Part shown: positions 9,535 to 19,305 of the stretch, one piece after another
Layout of the letters: every line of letters begins with the position of its first letter
Numbering within the stretch: position 1 is the first letter of the stretch
From: an uncultured Bacilli bacterium
Lineage (GTDB): Bacteria > Bacillota_I > Bacilli_A > RF39 > UBA660
Assembly: GCA_944331935.1 (NCBI GenBank)
Contig: CALVIV010000003.1
Location: forward strand, 1 to 58,968
Direction of reading: 5' to 3'
DNA length: 58,968 bases
Made by a program: the position numbers and the translations under genes
The notes under the pieces: generated by a model
Databases searched by the model: none
What the model was told of the DNA's origin: nothing
The model's input: only the letters and a program-made list of their open reading frames with translations

Positions 9535-10566
9535 ATGAATTCTATTAAAGATAATGAAAAAGTATCTCTAATAAAAAAATTCTACAAAAAAGATGAAGTG
9601 TTTTTAGAATTAGAGTTATTAAATTATTCAGGATATAATTTATATATAATTATAACCAGATCAAAAAAATATGGAACTTATAAACTTAGTTGGTTTGATT
9701 TAGATGATATAAAAGATAAAAGTATTGAAAAATATCTATCATGCCAATACATCGACAGTAAAGTTATACATCTTATTGAGAATACTTATTCAAATTATAA
9801 AGTTGATGCTCATTACATTGATGAGTTTTTGACTGATAAAGATGTTGTTATTTTTAATGCTAATATTAAAACAAATGATTCTGATAATATTAGTATATCT
9901 TTTAAAAAATATATGCCTAAATGTTTAGCTAATTTAACAGATTTATTTATATTTATTTTTAGAAACATGCCAAGAACATATGAAGTTTTTCTATATAAAA
10001 TTTTAGCAAAGCTAACTGGAAGTACAGAAATGTATGAATATAAAGAAGAGTTTGATTTTGATTTGTTTAATGATGATATTGATAAATTGTTTCGTTTTCA
10101 AATTGCTGAAAGAGGAAAAAAATATTACGAGGAAGATAGAGTTGAATTTTTAGAGAAAATAGATGACAGATATTTTGCCATTGTAAATGGTTCTGAAAAA
10201 TATGTTGTAATAATAAAGTACATTGAAAAAGATAAAAAAATGCAAGTGTATTGTACTTGTCCATGTGAGTTTTATTGTAAACACATTTACGCTGTTATTC
10301 TCGCTATTAGGAATAATAAAGGTAATAGATTTTATAAAATAATGTATAAAAATCCTAATAAGAATTTACTTGAGAGAATTATGGATCTTGAATATTTGTT
10401 ATGTTTAGGAATCATTGAACAGAATTTTGAAATAATCAATAATTATGGTGAAATCGAATTAATCCCTATATTAGATAAAAATGATAAATATAATTGGGAA
10501 ATATTAGAGGATTCTGAAGATGAGAAATTAACAAAACAGATAAAATATTTTTTGGATAATAAATAG
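9535..10566 (+). CDS. SWIM zinc-finger protein
   Basis: Seen: VYCTCPCEFYCKHIYAVILAI fits the CxCxnCxH signature. It is preceded by the usual RGKKYYEEDRV...AIVNGSEKYVV beta-strand region. The roughly 190-aa N-terminal domain is unrecognised. Confidence 0.7.
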   Translation: MNSIKDNEKVSLIKKFYKKDEVFLELELLNYSGYNLYIIITRSKKYGTYKLSWFDLDDIKDKSIEKYLSCQYIDSKVIHLIENTYSNYKVDAHYIDEFLTDKDVVIFNANIKTNDSDNISISFKKYMPKCLANLTDLFIFIFRNMPRTYEVFLYKILAKLTGSTEMYEYKEEFDFDLFNDDIDKLFRFQIAERGKKYYEEDRVEFLEKIDDRYFAIVNGSEKYVVIIKYIEKDKKMQVYCTCPCEFYCKHIYAVILAIRNNKGNRFYKIMYKNPNKNLLERIMDLEYLLCLGIIEQNFEIINNYGEIELIPILDKNDKYNWEILEDSEDEKLTKQIKYFLDNK

Positions 10567-10586
10567 TAAAATTGTAGGTGGTAATT

Positions 10587-11330
10587 ATGGGAAAGTTATA
10601 TCTTCTAAGTGGAGATTACATATTAAATTCTAAAGATAAAGATGCTATTGTTAATGCCACTAATAAATATATGATAAATGGTAGTGGAATTTGTGGAGTT
10701 ATTTATAGAAATGCAGGAAACAAATTGTTAGAATACTGTAAACAAATATATAAAACAGATATGAAACCAGGAGAGGTAAGAGTTACACCAGGTTTTAATT
10801 TAAATATGGATATTATCCATGTATTAGCTCCGAAATATTATGAAGCAAGGAATCCAATTGATGAATTGTTATTTACATACAAAAAAATGTTAGAAGTTAT
10901 AATAGAAAAAGGTTACAAAAATGTACTTGTTTGTAGTTTGGGTACGGGGGTTCATGGATATAAACATGAAGATATTGCCAAACCACTTATATCACTTTTA
11001 AATAATTTTTGTAAAATTAATGATGTAAACTTATATTTCAATAATTTGTATCCAATTTATAAAGATATATATTTAAAACCATTTTTAGAAATAAATGCTC
11101 TATATTTAAAAAAGGATTTAATGAACTTGGAACCAAAAGAAATACTTATATACTTAAATGAAAATAATCTAATTGAAAATGACATAAAAAAGAAATATGC
11201 CAATTTTGTAAAAAATAAAGAATTAGATGATTTGTGTTTATCAGAAAAACTTATTTGTTTACAATATACTTTAGAAAATTTTGAAGTAACAAAAGAACAA
11301 ATTAAAATATTAATTGAAAGGATGGATTAG
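10587..11330 (+). CDS. macrodomain (MacroD-type ADP-ribose binding/hydrolase) protein with an unassigned C-terminal extension of about 90 aa
   Basis: Seen: the DAIVNATNKYMINGSGICGVIYRNAG, IIHVLAP and CSLGTGVHGY motifs are present. I prefer the ATG at 10587 (AGGTGG RBS) over the GTG at 10578. Confidence 0.8.
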   Translation: MGKLYLLSGDYILNSKDKDAIVNATNKYMINGSGICGVIYRNAGNKLLEYCKQIYKTDMKPGEVRVTPGFNLNMDIIHVLAPKYYEARNPIDELLFTYKKMLEVIIEKGYKNVLVCSLGTGVHGYKHEDIAKPLISLLNNFCKINDVNLYFNNLYPIYKDIYLKPFLEINALYLKKDLMNLEPKEILIYLNENNLIENDIKKKYANFVKNKELDDLCLSEKLICLQYTLENFEVTKEQIKILIERMD

Positions 11331-11334
11331 TAAT

Positions 11335-13434
11335 ATGAACAACAATCAAACATTTAAACCAGAGAATCAAACTATAAGTGATTTATTTTCTTGCCAAGCA
11401 ATATATGTTATTCCAAATTATCAAAGACAGTATAGTTGGGTGAATGAACAATTAGAAGAATTGTGGAGCGATTTATACGAATCATACATTAATACTCCTG
11501 AGGAATGTTATTTTTTGGGATCGATAGTAGTAGTTGATGATGGTAAAGGACACCATGAATTAGTTGATGGTCAGCAGAGAATAACAACATTGATGATAAT
11601 GTTAAATGTATTATCTAAAACATTCCCTGATATTAATAAAAACTCTGATATTTTATTAAAAGGTAATTTGCAAAAAATTAAGCAATTAATTTATTTTGAT
11701 GAAGGAATTAATAGATTGCAATTGCAGATAGATCCTAATTACAATACCTCATTTAAAAAAGCAATAATAAATCAAGATAATTATGAAAATTTTAAATATC
11801 CTACTCAAGCTAATTTGAAAAAAGATGATCCTGAGTATAAGTTTGTAAATACTGCAAAATTTTTCTATGATAAATTTAATGAGTTGTTAAAATCCGAAGG
11901 TCAAACCGTTTTAGATGGTTTTGTCAATTTCATTTTATTTAAAACTAATATTATAAAAACGATATGTACAAATCAATCGTTTGCTATTAAATTATTTTTA
12001 GTTTTAAATGATAGAGGTTTAGAACTTTCTATTTCTGATATTATTAAATCATATATACTTGATAAATATGATTCAAATGATAGATATAATGAAAATGATA
12101 AAGCAACATTTAATTATAACTGGAAATCTATTGAAAAAATAAGTAATGATTATGAATTTACAATTGATGATTTCATGGTTTATTTTGAATATTATAAACT
12201 TAAAAGTAATCCTAAAAGACAAGTTACAGACGAATTGAAAAAGATTATTCAATCATCTGAAGTGGTATCTTTAGTTGATGAGATGAAGTCTTTTGCTGAT
12301 AATTTAGAAAAAGTATATAAATCTACATTGCCTGTAATATATAGTTTGAGATATATCCCATGGCAAGCATATGTTATGACTGCTTTAGCTAGTGCATATC
12401 AAGTTGATTATCCAGATAAAGAAGAATTGTTTCAATCTATGAGAAGATTTTTCTATATTTCATGGATTTCTGGCAAAACGTTAAATGGAATAAAACAAAC
12501 GTCTTTCAATTTAATCGATGCGATAGTCGATAAAAAAACTATTGATGAAATAAATGAGATGCTTGATAAGTTTATTTATGGAAAAAGATTAATAAGAGAT
12601 GTTTATCAAAATTTGAATGATGATGTTTATGGCCAAAATTTTTTGAAAGCTTTAATGTTGTCTATTGAGTATGAAATCAGAGAAAAAACCAATGTTGGAT
12701 TTTATAAGATTAATAATTCAATCCATATCGACCATATATTACCACAACAATTTGATAAAAGATTAGATGAATGGAAGAATATAGATGATGTTGCGTTAGC
12801 TAAAACATACATTCATAAATTAGGAAATTTGGCTTTACTTCTTGGAAGTAAAAATGAAGAGGCATTGAATCATGGTATGAATGTAAAGATGAATATTTAT
12901 CAAGGAAAAGATAAAAATGAGTCAGGTGTAACAGCTTTTGATACAACAAAAACAATAATTGATAATTATAATAAAGGTGATGTTAATTGGGATGTTTCTC
13001 ATATAGTTGATAGACAAAAATATTTAATTGGATTAATAGAAAATATGTTAGATATATCTGAAGATGATATAGATAAAATTATAGAAGAAGAACAAAAAGC
13101 TAATTCATTACATAAATGGCAATATAATAATGAATATTTAACAAACAAAGGTCTAGTTTTAAGTATTTTGAAGGATTATATAAATGCCAATAATATAAAA
13201 GATTATTATTCTATTCCAAAGGAAATAAGAGATTTTAAAATGTATTCACATGAATTAATTAAAAATGAAAATAATGAAGAATATACTTATACAAAATTAG
13301 ATTGTGATTATTTATCAGTGTATGTAAGGACAATTTGTTTAAAAAATGATACAAATAAATTTATAGATATGATGAAAAAATATTTTGATTTTGATTTAAT
13401 AAAATTAGAATCTGAAAAAGAAGTTTATAATTAA
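11335..13434 (+). CDS. GmrSD-family type IV restriction enzyme-like protein (N-terminal DUF262/ParB-like NTPase + C-terminal DUF1524 His-Me nuclease)
   Basis: Seen: IPNYQRQYSW and VDGQQRITTL occur in the N-terminal half. IHIDHILPQ...LGNLALLLGSKNEE occurs in the C-terminal half, followed by about 120 further unassigned residues. I prefer the ATG at 11335 over 11314. Confidence 0.8.
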   Translation: MNNNQTFKPENQTISDLFSCQAIYVIPNYQRQYSWVNEQLEELWSDLYESYINTPEECYFLGSIVVVDDGKGHHELVDGQQRITTLMIMLNVLSKTFPDINKNSDILLKGNLQKIKQLIYFDEGINRLQLQIDPNYNTSFKKAIINQDNYENFKYPTQANLKKDDPEYKFVNTAKFFYDKFNELLKSEGQTVLDGFVNFILFKTNIIKTICTNQSFAIKLFLVLNDRGLELSISDIIKSYILDKYDSNDRYNENDKATFNYNWKSIEKISNDYEFTIDDFMVYFEYYKLKSNPKRQVTDELKKIIQSSEVVSLVDEMKSFADNLEKVYKSTLPVIYSLRYIPWQAYVMTALASAYQVDYPDKEELFQSMRRFFYISWISGKTLNGIKQTSFNLIDAIVDKKTIDEINEMLDKFIYGKRLIRDVYQNLNDDVYGQNFLKALMLSIEYEIREKTNVGFYKINNSIHIDHILPQQFDKRLDEWKNIDDVALAKTYIHKLGNLALLLGSKNEEALNHGMNVKMNIYQGKDKNESGVTAFDTTKTIIDNYNKGDVNWDVSHIVDRQKYLIGLIENMLDISEDDIDKIIEEEQKANSLHKWQYNNEYLTNKGLVLSILKDYINANNIKDYYSIPKEIRDFKMYSHELIKNENNEEYTYTKLDCDYLSVYVRTICLKNDTNKFIDMMKKYFDFDLIKLESEKEVYN

Positions 13435-13443
13435 TTGCAATAT

Positions 13444-13467
13444 AAGAGGTTTAAAACTTCTTTTTTT
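13444..13467 (+). terminator. rho-independent terminator (one G-U pair)
   Basis: Seen: the AAGAGGTT/AACTTCTT stem is followed by a T-run. Confidence 0.55.
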
Positions 13468-13499
13468 GTTTATGTGCTATAGTGAAAAGCGTTTATTTA

Positions 13500-13508
13500 T
13501 GGTATAAT
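13500..13508 (+). promoter_or_regulatory. extended -10 element TGGTATAAT upstream of hsdR
   Basis: Seen: the same TGgTATAAT 9-mer as at 9504 lies about 36 nt upstream of the hsdR start. Confidence 0.5.
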
Positions 13509-13544
13509 TATTAAAAATGTGTTCTTAAAGAGTGGTGTTGTTTT

Positions 13545-15863
13545 ATGTTAAATAAAAAAGAATTAACAGAAGAAGATATAAAATTAAAATATATTACGCC
13601 GGCATTACAATCAGCAGATTGGGATATAAAAAACCAAATTCGATGCGAATATTATTATACTGCTGGAAAAATAAATGTAAGGGAAAATGTTGCTCAAAGA
13701 GGTAAAGGAAAAAAAGTAGATTATCTTTTATCTTATAAATCTAATTTGCCTATTGCAATAGTTGAAGCAAAAGATAATAAAGTACCAATAGCTCATGGAA
13801 TACAGCAAGGAATAGATTATGCTTACGATTTAGATATTCCATTTGCTTATTCATCAAATGGTGATGGATTTTTTGAACATGATATGATTACTGGTGAAGA
13901 AAGAGAACTTAAGTTGGAAGAATTTCCGACTCCTAAACAACTATGGGAAAGATATTTAAAAGAAAAAGAAATTAATCCGGAGCAGGAGTCATTAATCACA
14001 GAACCATATTATTTTATGGATATAAATAAAACCCCAAGATATTATCAAAGAATAGCAATTAACAAAACAATAGAAGCCATTTCTAAAGGGCAAAAGAGAA
14101 TATTGCTGGTTATGGCTACTGGAACAGGTAAGACATTTACCGCATTTCAAATAATACATAGACTACATAAATCTGGGAAGATGAAAAAAATTTTGTATTT
14201 AGCTGATAGAAATGTTTTGATAGATCAAACAATGCAGAATGATTTTAAACCGTTTCAAAAGGTTATGACTAAAATTGAACATAGAAATATGGATTCTTCT
14301 TACGAAATTTATATGTCATTGTATCATCAATTAAGAAGTAATGAAGAAGAAGTATATAAACAATTTAAACCCGACTTTTTTGATTTGATTATTGTTGATG
14401 AGTGTCATAGAAGCAGTGCTAAAGATGATTCTAATTGGCATGAGATATTAACATATTTTAGTGGCGCGACTCAAATTGGTATGACAGCTACACCAAAGGA
14501 AACAGTAGATGTTTCAAATATAACTTATTTTGGGGAACCTATTTATACATATTCTTTAAAACAAGGTATAGAGGATGGATTCCTTGCACCTTATAAAGTT
14601 GTTAGAGTTAGTTTGGATAGAGACTTGGAGGGTTATAGGCCTGAAAGAGGAAAGCTAGATGAGGATGGTTATGAAGTTGAAGATAAAGAATATACAATGC
14701 ACGACTTTGACAGAACAATCGTTATTGATGAAAGAACAAAAGTAGTTGCCAAAAGAATTGCTGAATATATGAAATCAACAGATAGAATGGCAAGAACTAT
14801 TGTTTTCTGTATCGACACAGAACATGCTTTAAGAATGAGAAACGCTTTAGCTGAAGAAAATAGAGACTTAATGCAATTAAATCCAAACTATGTCGTTAGA
14901 ATTACTAGTAATGACGTTGTTGGTAAAGCAAAACTTGATGACTTTATTGATTCAAATACAATATATCCTGTAATTGCAACGACTTCAAAATTATTATCTA
15001 CAGGTGTTGATACTAAGACAGTAAAATTGATAGTATTGGATGTAGAAATTCAAAGTATGACTGAATTTAAACAAATTATAGGTAGAGGGACAAGACTTCT
15101 TCCAAATAAAGGCAAAGAATATTTTACAATAATGGACTTTAGAAATAATTCAGAAAAGTTTGCTGATCCTAATTTTAATGGACCTGCCGAAGTGGTTTTA
15201 GATGTAGATGGAGGAAATGGTCAAGAACCAAAGACAGGAAAAGATTTTGGGATAACTGATACAACAATTAAGCCTCCTATAAGTGGAGATGTTGAAGATG
15301 GACAATCTAAAAAAGTTTATATAAATAATGTCCCTGTATCTATCATAAATGAAACTGTAAAATACTATGATGCTGATGGAAGATTAATAACTGAATCTAT
15401 AGTAGAATATTCTGGTAGAAATTTAAAAAGAGTTTATGAAAGATATGAGGATTTTGAACAAGAATGGTATAGAGCAGATTCTAAGAAAGATTTTTTAAAT
15501 CATTTGTTTAATGAAGGCGTAATGATTGATGCTTTATATGATAAAGCAAATGACAATATAGATATATTTGATATTTTGTCTAATATGGCTTATGGTGTAG
15601 AAGTTGTATCCAAAGAAGATAGAATTGAGAAAGTGAAAAACAGTAATCTTATAAATGAATACAATGATTCACAAAAGAGTGTAATTAATGAATTGTTAGA
15701 GACATATAAAAATCAGGATGTTTTAGAATTAGAAAATATAAGGACTTTAGAAGTGAAAAATTTTAATAAATTCGGAGGACTAGTTCCTATCGTTAATTTA
15801 TTTGGTGGAAAAGATAAATACCTTAATGTTATCTCTAACATTGAGAAAGCTTTGTATAGCTAG
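13545..15863 (+). CDS. hsdR: type I restriction enzyme R subunit
   Basis: Seen: the N-terminal nuclease region reads LTEEDIKLKYITPAL...VDYLL...IAIVEAKD. Helicase motifs MATGTGKT, DECHR and TATP are present, in a product of 772 aa. Confidence 0.9.
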   Translation: MLNKKELTEEDIKLKYITPALQSADWDIKNQIRCEYYYTAGKINVRENVAQRGKGKKVDYLLSYKSNLPIAIVEAKDNKVPIAHGIQQGIDYAYDLDIPFAYSSNGDGFFEHDMITGEERELKLEEFPTPKQLWERYLKEKEINPEQESLITEPYYFMDINKTPRYYQRIAINKTIEAISKGQKRILLVMATGTGKTFTAFQIIHRLHKSGKMKKILYLADRNVLIDQTMQNDFKPFQKVMTKIEHRNMDSSYEIYMSLYHQLRSNEEEVYKQFKPDFFDLIIVDECHRSSAKDDSNWHEILTYFSGATQIGMTATPKETVDVSNITYFGEPIYTYSLKQGIEDGFLAPYKVVRVSLDRDLEGYRPERGKLDEDGYEVEDKEYTMHDFDRTIVIDERTKVVAKRIAEYMKSTDRMARTIVFCIDTEHALRMRNALAEENRDLMQLNPNYVVRITSNDVVGKAKLDDFIDSNTIYPVIATTSKLLSTGVDTKTVKLIVLDVEIQSMTEFKQIIGRGTRLLPNKGKEYFTIMDFRNNSEKFADPNFNGPAEVVLDVDGGNGQEPKTGKDFGITDTTIKPPISGDVEDGQSKKVYINNVPVSIINETVKYYDADGRLITESIVEYSGRNLKRVYERYEDFEQEWYRADSKKDFLNHLFNEGVMIDALYDKANDNIDIFDILSNMAYGVEVVSKEDRIEKVKNSNLINEYNDSQKSVINELLETYKNQDVLELENIRTLEVKNFNKFGGLVPIVNLFGGKDKYLNVISNIEKALYS

Positions 15864-15872
15864 GAGGTTAAA

Positions 15873-17360
15873 ATGAATATAGGAACAATGATAAAAAGAC
15901 TTCAAGATATTATGCGACAAGACGCTGGCGTTAATGGCGATGCTCAAAGAATTGAACAGATTGTATGGATGTTATTTCTTAAATTATATGACGCTAAAGA
16001 AATGGAATGGGAAATTCTTGAAGATAATTATAAATCTATTATACCAGAGGAATATAGATGGAGAAATTGGGCACCAGATAGCAAAGATGGTAAAGCTATA
16101 ACTGGAGAAGAAATGTCTTCGTTTATAATTCAATTATTTGCTACCTTAAAAGAACTTGAGGTAGATGAAAATACTGATGTTAGAGGTAGATTAGTTAAAG
16201 AAGTGTTTACTGATTTGAATAACTACATGAAAGATGGAGTTTTAATTAGACAGGTTGTAAATGTATTAAATGAAATCGATTTGACAGACTTTAAAATAAG
16301 ACATGCGTTTAATGAGATATATGAAACTATTTTGAAAGATTTGCAATCAGCAGGAAAATCTGGAGAGTTTTATACACCTAGGGCTGTTACAGATTTTGTT
16401 GTTAAAATGGTTGATCCTAAAATAGGAGAAAGTGTTGCCGATTTTGCATGTGGTACTGGTGGTTTTTTAGTTTCTGCACTTAATCATATGAAAGAAACAG
16501 TTAATAATACTGCAAGCAATGAAATATTGCAACAGTCCTTTTATGGTGTTGAAAAAAAATCACTTCCTTATTTATTGTGCACAACAAATATGTTGTTGCA
16601 TGACATAAATGAGCCTCAAATCGTTAGAGGAAACTCCTTAGAAAAAAATGTTAGAGATTATGAAGAAAAAGACAAGTTTGATGTTATATTAATGAATCCT
16701 CCTTATGGTGGAACAGAAAAAAAGTCTATACAGCAAAATTTCCCCACTGAGTTGAGAGATTCGGAAACTGCTGATTTATTTATGGTTGAGATTCTTTATC
16801 GATTGAAGGACAGTGGGCGAGTAGGGATAGTTTTACCAGATGGATTTTTATTTGGAGTAGATAATACAAAAGTAGCAATTAAGAAGAAATTATTAGAGGA
16901 ATGTAATTTGCATACTATTATAAGATTGCCTGGTTCAATTTTTGCACCATATACTTCGATAGCAACTAATCTATTATTTTTTGACAAAACAGGACCTACT
17001 AAAGAAATATGGTTTTATAGAATGGATTTACCTGAAGGATATAAAGCCTTTAGTAAAACAAAACCTGTTGAATTAGAACATTTTAATAATGTAATTAATT
17101 GGTGGAATAATAGAATAGAAATAAAGGACAAAAAAGAAGATGAATCAATAACTGAAACATGGAAGGCTAAAAGATATTCAATTGAAGATATTATTGAATT
17201 AAACTATAATTTAGATCAATGTAGTTTCCCTCAAAAAGAAGAAATAATACTATCCCCACAAGAAACAATGAATAATTTTATCAATAAAAGAGAGAAACTA
17301 GAAAAACAGTTAGATGAAAAACTTAAGGAAATTATTAAACTAATAGGGGAATCAAAATGA
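15873..17360 (+). CDS. hsdM: type I R-M N6-adenine DNA methyltransferase subunit
   Basis: Seen: the FYTPR, DFACGTGGF and NPPYGG motifs are present, with the usual HsdM N-terminal domain. Confidence 0.9.
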   Translation: MNIGTMIKRLQDIMRQDAGVNGDAQRIEQIVWMLFLKLYDAKEMEWEILEDNYKSIIPEEYRWRNWAPDSKDGKAITGEEMSSFIIQLFATLKELEVDENTDVRGRLVKEVFTDLNNYMKDGVLIRQVVNVLNEIDLTDFKIRHAFNEIYETILKDLQSAGKSGEFYTPRAVTDFVVKMVDPKIGESVADFACGTGGFLVSALNHMKETVNNTASNEILQQSFYGVEKKSLPYLLCTTNMLLHDINEPQIVRGNSLEKNVRDYEEKDKFDVILMNPPYGGTEKKSIQQNFPTELRDSETADLFMVEILYRLKDSGRVGIVLPDGFLFGVDNTKVAIKKKLLEECNLHTIIRLPGSIFAPYTSIATNLLFFDKTGPTKEIWFYRMDLPEGYKAFSKTKPVELEHFNNVINWWNNRIEIKDKKEDESITETWKAKRYSIEDIIELNYNLDQCSFPQKEEIILSPQETMNNFINKREKLEKQLDEKLKEIIKLIGESK

Positions 17361-18688
17361 TTACGGAAGTTTTGAAAAATAGTATTTTAATAGAGGCTTT
17401 TAAGGGAAATCTAACGGAAAGAAATAAGGATGATTCAAGTGTTGATGAATTATTGAAAACTATTGAAGAAGAAAAACAGGCAATTATAATTGAAAAGAAG
17501 ATTGATAAAATTAGTCAAACAATATCCGATAAAGAAATACCTTTTTGTATACCACAAAATTGGAGATGGGTTAGATGGGGAAATTTGTCATACTCTATTC
17601 AATATGGAGTGAATGCTGGTGCAAAAAATCAAGGAAAAATTAAAATGGTTAGAATTAGCGATATACAAGATAACTCTATAATATGGGAAGATGTACCATA
17701 TTGCGATATAAGTGATAATCTTTTATCTAAGTATGTTCTAAATGAAAATGATATTTTATTTGCTAGAACTGGAGGAACAGTTGGAAAGTCTGTAATTGTT
17801 AAAGATATGCCACAGGATGTTCCTTATGTTTTTGCTGGGTATTTAATTCGTTCTAATTATAACAAAAGAATTAATTGTAAATTTTTAAAATTTTTTATGG
17901 AAAGTCCTTTATATTGGAACCAATTAAGAGAAAAAACTATTGGGAGTGCTCAACCTAATTGTAATGGGCAGAAATTATCAAATATGATTTTACCTTTACC
18001 TCCTATAGAAGAACAGCAACGTATTGTAGATAAAATTGAAGAATTATTTACAAAAATAGATGAAATAAAACCTATAGAGGAAGAAATATATAATTTAAAG
18101 AATAATTTTGTAATTCAAATTAAGAGAAATATATTATTAGATGAGATAATCTCAATTGATAAAAAAATCGCTTTAGAAAATTATATGGATACTAAGTTAA
18201 AAGAAGGCTGGAAGTGGGTTAAATTTTCAGAAATTGCAGATTGTAGAATGGGTAAAACAATTTTAGGTAAAGAATTAACGAATTGTGGTATACCAGTATA
18301 TAGTGCGACAAATACAAATGAAGTTTTTGGTTTTGTACCAGACGCTGAGCTTATTTTAAATAAAGGAGATATAGTGATACCGGCTCGCGGGAATTCAATT
18401 GGTTATGCAACTTTCATTAATGATGAAGTAGCTACATGTACGCAAACAACTATTGCGTGCAAGCCAAAAAAAAATATTTATAACAAATATTTATATTATT
18501 GTTGTTATGCATTTAAAAATGTATGGTTTAAATATACGGGTTCAGCGATTCCACAAATTACTATATCAAAAATAAATAATAATTATGTACCGTTACCGCC
18601 TTTTGAACAGCAAAAAAAAATAGTAGAAAGATTAGAAAAAATTTTACCTCTTTGTGATGAAATTGAAAAACTAATAAAAGGTAATTAA
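17357..18688 (+). CDS. hsdS: type I R-M specificity subunit
   Basis: Seen: there are two target-recognition halves, each ending in a conserved helix (LPLPPIEEQQRIVDKIEELF and VPLPPFEQQKKIVERLEKIL). The gene overlaps the hsdM stop by 4 nt. Confidence 0.9.
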   Translation: MITEVLKNSILIEAFKGNLTERNKDDSSVDELLKTIEEEKQAIIIEKKIDKISQTISDKEIPFCIPQNWRWVRWGNLSYSIQYGVNAGAKNQGKIKMVRISDIQDNSIIWEDVPYCDISDNLLSKYVLNENDILFARTGGTVGKSVIVKDMPQDVPYVFAGYLIRSNYNKRINCKFLKFFMESPLYWNQLREKTIGSAQPNCNGQKLSNMILPLPPIEEQQRIVDKIEELFTKIDEIKPIEEEIYNLKNNFVIQIKRNILLDEIISIDKKIALENYMDTKLKEGWKWVKFSEIADCRMGKTILGKELTNCGIPVYSATNTNEVFGFVPDAELILNKGDIVIPARGNSIGYATFINDEVATCTQTTIACKPKKNIYNKYLYYCCYAFKNVWFKYTGSAIPQITISKINNNYVPLPPFEQQKKIVERLEKILPLCDEIEKLIKGN

Positions 18689-18689
18689 A

Positions 18690-19280
18690 ATGTTTGAAAA
18701 AATAATTGATGTAATAAAAGAATTTATAGAAAAACATTTTTTTCCATCGCTTTTGTCTGTAACTATAACTGCATTGGTTTATTATATAACGCCATATAAT
18801 TTAGCTATTTTTGTAAAACTGGGTAAAAATTTTTACCTATTTACGCTATTTTGTTTGACTCTATTTATTGTTGAAATAATTATATATATTTTGAAAAAAT
18901 TAATGAATAAAGTAAATATAATAATAGAACAAAATAAGTATAATCATAAAATAGAAAAAAAGAATATTGAATACATATATAACGTTTTGGATACATTAAC
19001 TCCTGAAGAGTTTGATTTAATCGATTATTTTGTTACGAATGGAAATTGTCCAATTGTGACATACTCAGAATTACATGGAACGGTTTATATGGATAGTTTA
19101 TTTGATTCAAGACAATATAAAATAAATGAAAAAAGTTTAACTGATGTAGATCCATATAATCTTTCACATAAAATAACTTATAAAAAAGGGGAATATGTTA
19201 TACAATTTAAATTAAAAGAGGATATTTACCAATTACTATCTAAGATTAAGAAAAAAACTGGAAAAATTTCCAGATTTTAA
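18690..19280 (+). CDS. two-TM membrane protein, translationally coupled fourth gene of the hsd operon
   Basis: Seen: the start is 1 nt after the hsdS stop. There are two N-terminal hydrophobic helices and a soluble C-terminus of about 110 aa. Inferred: it is possibly similar to superinfection-exclusion (SieB-type) proteins, but I cannot verify this. Confidence 0.45.
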   Translation: MFEKIIDVIKEFIEKHFFPSLLSVTITALVYYITPYNLAIFVKLGKNFYLFTLFCLTLFIVEIIIYILKKLMNKVNIIIEQNKYNHKIEKKNIEYIYNVLDTLTPEEFDLIDYFVTNGNCPIVTYSELHGTVYMDSLFDSRQYKINEKSLTDVDPYNLSHKITYKKGEYVIQFKLKEDIYQLLSKIKKKTGKISRF

Positions 19281-19282
19281 TG

Positions 19283-19305
19283 AGCATTGAAGAATGCTTT
19301 TTTTA
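19283..19305. terminator. bidirectional terminator between convergent genes
   Basis: Seen: the hairpin AGCATT-gaag-AATGCT is followed by T7. Confidence 0.7.
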
